The position numbers and the translations under genes are program-made. Below the pieces are notes generated by a model that saw only the letters and a list, made by a program, of their open reading frames with translations, made no database searches and was not told the DNA's origin. Positions 58,677 to 64,000 of a stretch of 64,000 bases of DNA are shown piece after piece; position 1 is the stretch's first letter; every line of letters starts with the position of its first letter. Where the stretch lies: positions 1-64,000 of the forward strand of contig BTWA01000021.1 in NCBI GenBank assembly GCA_045863295.1, read 5' to 3'. Source of the DNA: Candidatus Hydrogenedentota bacterium (GTDB taxonomy: Bacteria; Hydrogenedentota; Hydrogenedentia; Hydrogenedentales; SLHB01).

Positions 58677-59930
58677 ATGGAATCGATTCCACCAGAGTCG
58701 GCGCGCGCGACGGTTGACACTGTCTACCGAGCGGAGTCGCGCCGTGTTCTTGCGACGCTTGTGAGGCTGATTGGCGATTTCGATCTGGCTGAGGAGGCGC
58801 TACACGAAGCCTTTACCGCGGCCGTGGAAAAATGGGCGGACAACGGCATTCCATCCAATCCCCGCGCTTGGCTCGTTTCGACTGGACGATTCAAGGCTAT
58901 CGACGTAATTCGACGTCGCGCCCGTTTTGACGCAGCGCAGGAAACCATAGCTGAGGCAGTTCACGGTTCGCAGCCTGAAGTGCCTCACGTTGACGACGAT
59001 ACCGGTGTCGGCGATGACCAGCTTCGAATGATTTTCACTTGTTGCCACCCGGCCCTTCCGCCGGAGGCGCGCATAGCGCTGACACTTCGTGAAGTATGTG
59101 GGTTGACAACGGAGGAAATCGCGCGCGCGTTTCTTACCTCGCCTCCAACGCTGGCTCAACGCATAGTGCGCGCAAAGGCCAAGATTCGCGATGCGGGCAT
59201 ACCGTATCAAGTACCCGCTCCGGCAGAACTGGCAGACCGGCTTGACACAGTCCTCCAGGTAGTTTATCTGGTATTCAACGAGGGCTATTCCGCATCGTTT
59301 GGCGATTCATTGATGCGAGTAGAATTGTCTGCCGAGGCGATTCGGCTGGGTCGCCTGTTAGTTGGCCTGTTGCCGGAGCCTGAGGCGATGGGTCTACTTG
59401 CGCTCATGCTGTTGCAGGAGTCGCGTAGCTCTTCGCGCACTTCCCCCGATGGCGACATCGTTTTGCTGGAAGATCAGGATCGATCCACGTGGAATCGCGA
59501 GTATATTGCCGAAGGAATTTCTCTCGTGGAACGGGCGTTGAGCTCGCGACGCTTTGGACCCTATACGTTGCAGGCAGCGATTGCGGCAGTTCATGCGGAA
59601 GCATCTTCGGCCGCCGATACTGACTGGGCTCAGATTGCCGCGCTGTATGGATTGCTGTTTCGAATAGATTCGTCGCCCATTGTTGAGTTGAATAGGGCCG
59701 TGGCAATCGCCATGCACGAAGGTCCTGAAGTGGGACTGAGAATTATCGAGGCTATTCTAGACAGGGGCGATCTTCAAGGGTACCACCTCGCGCACTCTGC
59801 ACGGGCAGAGTTGTGCCGGCGACTCGGACGCATGGACGATGCCAGGGCATCGTTTGAACGGGCGCTGAGTCTCACAAAGCTGGGACCGGAACGCCGATTT
59901 CTGGAGGGCCGGCTGAACCAGCTTCGCTGA
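58677..59930 (+). CDS. ECF sigma factor with C-terminal TPR/DUF6596 extension (ECF42 type)
   Basis: GDFDLAEEA, DDQLRMIFTCCHPAL, QRIVRAK, LVFNEGY, GPY.LQAAIAAVH and LNRAVA motifs; flanked by DGPF genes. Confidence 0.92.
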   Translation: MESIPPESARATVDTVYRAESRRVLATLVRLIGDFDLAEEALHEAFTAAVEKWADNGIPSNPRAWLVSTGRFKAIDVIRRRARFDAAQETIAEAVHGSQPEVPHVDDDTGVGDDQLRMIFTCCHPALPPEARIALTLREVCGLTTEEIARAFLTSPPTLAQRIVRAKAKIRDAGIPYQVPAPAELADRLDTVLQVVYLVFNEGYSASFGDSLMRVELSAEAIRLGRLLVGLLPEPEAMGLLALMLLQESRSSSRTSPDGDIVLLEDQDRSTWNREYIAEGISLVERALSSRRFGPYTLQAAIAAVHAEASSAADTDWAQIAALYGLLFRIDSSPIVELNRAVAIAMHEGPEVGLRIIEAILDRGDLQGYHLAHSARAELCRRLGRMDDARASFERALSLTKLGPERRFLEGRLNQLR

Positions 59931-59931
59931 G

Positions 59932-59958
59932 TGTCGAAGAGGATTCAGCCTATTCGAC
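59932..59958 (+). promoter_or_regulatory. Putative ECF42-type promoter (copy 2)
   Basis: TGTCGA-N17-CGAC upstream of the second YciI gene. Confidence 0.65.
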
Positions 59959-60025
59959 CATCTCGCAGAAGGCCGCCGAGCACCTATTCGTTCACAACAC
60001 ATGCCATGACACAGGGAGAAACACC

Positions 60026-60430
60026 ATGCGATTCATGATGCTAATGATTCCCAATGTTTACAAGAACGCGGAGCCTGACTTCCGCCCCGATGCAGATGCA
60101 GTCATGGAGATGATGAAGTTCAATGAGGCCCTTGCCAACTCGGGTTCGCTGATCGGTCTGGACGGTCTTCATCCGCCGATCACAGGGGCTCGTGTAACGT
60201 TTAGGGCGGGAAAGGCGACCATAACGGATGGTCCTTTTACGGAATCGAAGGAGCATTTGGGCGGATACTGGATAATCAATGTCCCATCCCGACAGGATGC
60301 CATTGACTGGGCGGCGAAATGCCCCGCGCAGGATGGCGACGTAATCGAAGTGCGTCAAATCTTCGAGTGCGAAGAATTTCCCCAAGACGTACAAGACGCT
60401 GTACGTTCGATTGAACTCGGCATGGGTTGA
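60026..60430 (+). CDS. YciI/DGPF family protein
   Basis: MRFM, GLHP, DGPFTESKE and EVRQ motifs. Confidence 0.92.
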   Translation: MRFMMLMIPNVYKNAEPDFRPDADAVMEMMKFNEALANSGSLIGLDGLHPPITGARVTFRAGKATITDGPFTESKEHLGGYWIINVPSRQDAIDWAAKCPAQDGDVIEVRQIFECEEFPQDVQDAVRSIELGMG

Positions 60431-60487
60431 ACGGTGCATTCCCAGAAGGGATAACCCCGTGGGGTTTTGCAGCCTTCTGATAGCATT

Positions 60488-60527
60488 GGGCGGCGCCGGA
60501 TAGGATACCCGGCGCCGCCCGGCTTTT
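60488..60527. terminator. Hairpin between convergent genes (putative terminator)
   Basis: Perfect 12-bp stem GGGCGGCGCCGG/CCGGCGCCGCCC, with TTTT nearby on the + strand. Confidence 0.65.
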
Positions 60528-60529
60528 GT

Positions 60530-60895
60530 TTAGACGTTTTGGTCGAACAAGAGCCCTTGGAGCTCGCGCGTTTGGGCCAATACATCCAGCACTTCCTCGG
60601 GAGGAATCTGCTTGATGACCTCATTGGCTTCGTTCACGATTTGCACCACGATTCGTTCCGTGGCCGCATCAATACTCAGATGCAGCCCAGCCTGTTCCGA
60701 AATCTTCTTCGGTTCGGGCTTCGGCGCTGTAATCGCCTGATGCAATGCTTTCGCTTCCTCTTCCGCTTTGGCGGTTGCTTTCGCTGCCGCGGCCTTTGCC
60801 GCGGTAGCCACATCCGGTTGCGGCGTCTGAAGCGTGGGCGCGTTTACCGCCGCCAAGGCACGGAGCTCCGGCCCTGATACGCTACGCACTCCCAT
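60530..60895 (-). CDS. flaG: Flagellar protein FlaG
   Basis: L.LSID..T..IVVQIV....EVIKQIPPEE.L...GLLFD motif; downstream of the flagellins. Confidence 0.85.
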   Translation of the reverse strand: MGVRSVSGPELRALAAVNAPTLQTPQPDVATAAKAAAAKATAKAEEEAKALHQAITAPKPEPKKISEQAGLHLSIDAATERIVVQIVNEANEVIKQIPPEEVLDVLAQTRELQGLLFDQNV

Positions 60896-61053
60896 AGCTC
60901 ACTTCTCCCTGTTAGGGACTGATCGCGGGGTTCATCCCCCTCGCCTCACGATGCTGTATCCCTTTTCGGGCGCGCTCATGGGGTCGCAGGGTAATCCTGC
61001 GTCCTCCTTGAGCTACATCCCTCGTCTATCGCGCAATTCGCGACCGACCACCG

Positions 61054-61869
61054 TTATCCCAGAAGACTCAACGCGGTCTGCGGCAGGACGTTGGCCTGAG
61101 CCAACACTGACGTACCTGCGCTCACCAGAATCTGGGTCCGGGTGAAGTTGATCGTTTCACGCGCGATATCCGCGTCGCGGATGCCGCTCTCGGAGGCCGC
61201 CGAGTTCTCTTCTTGAATGGCCAATGTGTTAATCGTGAACTGCAACCGGTTCTGCTGCGCGCCCAGCGTGCTGCGCAATTGCGTCACGCTGCGAATCGCC
61301 CGGTCGACCGTGCTTAACGCGTTCACCGCCGACGTAATGCTGGAAACCGACACGGCACTGACGCCCAGATCGGCTGTCGACGCGCCACGAGAAGTAACCA
61401 ACAGGGTTTGACCTTGGCGCGATCCCACTTGCAGGGTAATCGTCTGCGCCGCGCTCAACACGCGCACGCCGTTGAACTCCGTGTCAAATGCGATGCTGTC
61501 GATCTGAGTCAGCAACTGGCTGACTTCCTGGTTGATGTCCGCGCGGTTTGTGTCGGTCAACGTGCCGTTGGCCGACTGAACCGCCAGTTCGCGGATACGT
61601 TGAAGGATGTTTGTGGTTTCACCCAGCGAACCTTCCGCCGTCTGCACCAGGCTGACGCCGTCTTGTGCATTGCGCTGGGCCACTTGCGCGCCGTTGACAA
61701 CGGACCGGAATCCTTCGGCGATGCCCAAACCGGCCGCGTCGTCCTTCGCGCGATTGATACGAAGACCGCTCGAGAGCCTTTCCAACGTGGTGTTTAAGCT
61801 CTGTGTCGAACGGTTGAGAATACGTCCCGCATTGAGCGCGGCAATATTCGAATTAATTCGCAATCCCAT
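61054..61869 (-). CDS. fliC: Flagellin (271 aa)
   Basis: LERLSSGLRIN.A.DDAAG, LGA.QNRL and IRDAD.A motifs; AGGAGG RBS. Confidence 0.97.
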   Translation of the reverse strand: MGLRINSNIAALNAGRILNRSTQSLNTTLERLSSGLRINRAKDDAAGLGIAEGFRSVVNGAQVAQRNAQDGVSLVQTAEGSLGETTNILQRIRELAVQSANGTLTDTNRADINQEVSQLLTQIDSIAFDTEFNGVRVLSAAQTITLQVGSRQGQTLLVTSRGASTADLGVSAVSVSSITSAVNALSTVDRAIRSVTQLRSTLGAQQNRLQFTINTLAIQEENSAASESGIRDADIARETINFTRTQILVSAGTSVLAQANVLPQTALSLLG

Positions 61870-62327
61870 ACATATACCTCCTTGAGTGGCTATTCCGAGG
61901 CATCCCTTGCCCCGGACGCAGCGCCTTCGCGCCGCGATTTTGTTCAAATCGCTTCGGCGAACATCCCTATTCGCCGAGGCGCCCTACCGCCGTTCTTTTT
62001 GTGTGACCGATCCCCCCTTTCCGATGCATCCGTCGCGCAGACACGGCGAGCCGGTACGGCCGTCCGCCGCGACATTCCGCGTCTACGGGCGCAGATAAGG
62101 TTCCATGCATGAACCGGCATTGGCGAACAGCCACACCCCGCGGCATGAAGCCGCATTGTTTCATTGCGGCCTACACAGCGGGGGGGCTTCGCTCTTCGGT
62201 CCATTCACGTCAGATACAAGGCGGTGGGCATGGCGGCGTAAAGCCACTTATCGACCCACTGCCAGAATCCGCTATCAAATAATCTGGCCGTTCTCGGGCC
62301 AGGAATTTGCCCGAGTCAAATCAGCCA

Positions 62328-63143
62328 TTATCCCAGAAGCTGGAGCGCGGTCTGCGGAATGATGTTGGCCTGCGCCAGTACCGACGTACCCGCGCTAACC
62401 AAGATCTGCGTGCGCGTGAAGTTGATCGTCTCGCGGGCAATGTCCGCGTCGCGAATCGCACTTTCAGAAGCTGCCGAGTTCTCTTCCTGGATAGCCAGCG
62501 TGTTGATGGTGAATTGAAGCCGGTTCTGTTGCGCACCGAGCGTACTGCGCAATTGCGTGACGCTGCGGATCGCCCGGTCAACCGTGCTCAACGCGTTAAC
62601 AGCCGAAGTTATGCTGGAAACCGATACCGCGCTGACGCCCAAGTCGGCCGTCGAAGCTCCGCGGGAGGTTACCAACAGCGTCTGCCCCTGGCGAGAACCG
62701 ACTTGCAATGTGATGGTCTGTGCGGCGCTCAGCACACGGACGCCGTTGAACTCCGTGTCAAAGGCGATGCTGTCAATCTGAGTCAGAAGTTGAGAGACTT
62801 CCGCGTTAATGTCAGCACGGTTGATGTCCGTGAGGGTGCCGTTGGCCGATTGCACCGCAAGCTCGCGGATGCGTTGCAGAATGTTCGTGGTTTCACCCAG
62901 CGAACCTTCCGCCGTTTGCACCAGGCTGACACCGTCTTGTGCGTTGCGCTGGGCTACCTGCGAACCGCTCACGACCGACCGAAAACCTTCGGCAATGGCA
63001 AGACCGGCTGCGTCGTCCTTGGCGCGATTGATGCGCAGACCGCTGGAAAGACGTTCCAACGTCGTATTCAAGCTTTGTGTGGATCGATTCAGAATGCGGG
63101 ATGCATTGAGAGCGGCAGTATTCGTATTGATGCGAAGACCCAT
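62328..63143 (-). CDS. fliC: Flagellin (271 aa), paralog
   Basis: Same flagellin motifs; GGAGGA RBS. Confidence 0.97.
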   Translation of the reverse strand: MGLRINTNTAALNASRILNRSTQSLNTTLERLSSGLRINRAKDDAAGLAIAEGFRSVVSGSQVAQRNAQDGVSLVQTAEGSLGETTNILQRIRELAVQSANGTLTDINRADINAEVSQLLTQIDSIAFDTEFNGVRVLSAAQTITLQVGSRQGQTLLVTSRGASTADLGVSAVSVSSITSAVNALSTVDRAIRSVTQLRSTLGAQQNRLQFTINTLAIQEENSAASESAIRDADIARETINFTRTQILVSAGTSVLAQANIIPQTALQLLG

Positions 63144-63681
63144 GACGTATTCCTCCGTGAGTGCTTTGGCCCGCGCGTCCGTGCGCGGTTCATCCCCGTC
63201 AGCTCGTTCGTGTCCTGTCCGGCATCCATTGCCGGCCACGACCGCCCGCACTTATCCCAAGTGCGCGCCTTAATGCACAACCCAAAGTGCGAGGCATTCG
63301 TTTTTGGCTTGGCGCCCGGCATCCCTACCGGCCTTACAAACCGCGAATACATCCGCCTAATGCGTTGTGGCCAATCCTTCGCATCGCGTCACCCTCTATT
63401 GAACCTGCCACCGCCAGGACCCATAATTCCCGGCTGCGGCTTCCGCAGGTCGTAAGACCTCCGGATCATCCCTGATCGATTCAAAACTGGTTCGATGCGT
63501 CGACTGGGCTTGTTCAACTCTCAACCTTTATCGGCATCGCCGATGAAGGCATACTTGCGCCAAATTTCCGTATAGTCGACCTCCTTGTGCGCGTTTCCAC
63601 CCCATCCTTGGTGTGGGCCCTACCCGTCTTTCGCCCTCGCAGGCCTTGTCGCCAAGGTCCACTTCGGCGTGTCTGAGAGAT

Positions 63682-63709
63682 CTATCGGCAACTTTAGCCA
63701 AGAACTTTA
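63682..63709 (-). promoter_or_regulatory. Putative sigma28 (FliA/SigD) promoter
   Basis: TAAA-N16-GCCGATAG on the minus strand, upstream of the flagellins. Confidence 0.65.
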
Positions 63710-64000
63710 GCGGTAGTTGAGAATTTTTTTTCGGAGGTGAAACGGGCAGTGAGAGAACGCCGAACGGCAACACTTGGCAGTTGCCGGGCAAGGACGCAAG
63801 ACATTAAAAATCAGATAGTTACAAAAACTATCCGGGTCCAATGTCAATAGGCTCCGTAAGGATCGAGGTCGACTTTCACTTGTACTTTCCCGAGTCCGCT
63901 GCCCTGACTCAATACCGCACGCGCCGCCCGGACGAGCTGATTTACACGCCTACCACTCTTCGAGAGCAAGCCGATGTTCCATCGATACTTCTTCATCACC

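Noticed and set aside
63528..63558. Second sigma28 promoter (GCCGATAA on the minus strand), and GTCGATAA near 62248-62255
   Set aside because: The -10 elements are good but there is no TAAA-like -35 at 15-16 nt spacing, so I did not call them; they remain possible.
1..64000. tRNA, rRNA, known riboswitch, transposase, integrase, prophage or defence genes
   Set aside because: I recognised none by eye; a covariance-model scan (tRNAscan, Infernal) would be needed to exclude small RNAs formally.

Overview
Bacterial chromosomal window, GC-rich and gene-dense, from a diderm, flagellated organism. The style of the DUF1559 prepilin-type gene and the lpxC-fabZ fusion suggest Candidatus Hydrogenedentota or a PVC-adjacent lineage (inference). 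In order it contains: a NagB-like isomerase; an RND pump pair followed by an alginate-export-type porin, an SGNH hydrolase and an amidohydrolase; a minus-strand mcsA-mcsB-clpC-bamA-skp-lpxD-lpxC/fabZ run; fmdB-like, argD, argF, argG, argH; a REC-GAF-HD-GYP protein; an ABC exporter with two FG-GAP proteins; mtnA, a FapA-like gene, cmk and recJ; a YidR-like protein; a DUF2946-like leader ORF plus a DUF1559 prepilin gene; a PHP-GT4 fusion; a Helicase_C_3 protein; an inverted-repeat-flanked 24-bp tandem repeat; a PilZ, membrane protein, GspG-like, LarA-like, lactonase run; UDG and Ogt; a TetR/DUF899/GyrI/VOC/SRPBCC/DoxX/YciI/ECF42 stress cluster; flaG and two flagellins. I saw no rRNA, tRNA, CRISPR array or transposase. 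The best candidate for an undescribed system is a metal-sensing ribosome-arrest leader (CxxC plus a C-terminal RGPP) followed by an anti-Shine-Dalgarno sequence that can pair with the RBS of a His-tailed prepilin gene. Other notable signals are an apparently catalytically dead McsB, many GGA-loop (CsrA-type) hairpins in the flagellin leaders, paired ECF42-type promoters, a decayed ArsR gene and a YD variant of HD-GYP. All family calls come from motif recognition by eye; no database searches were run.
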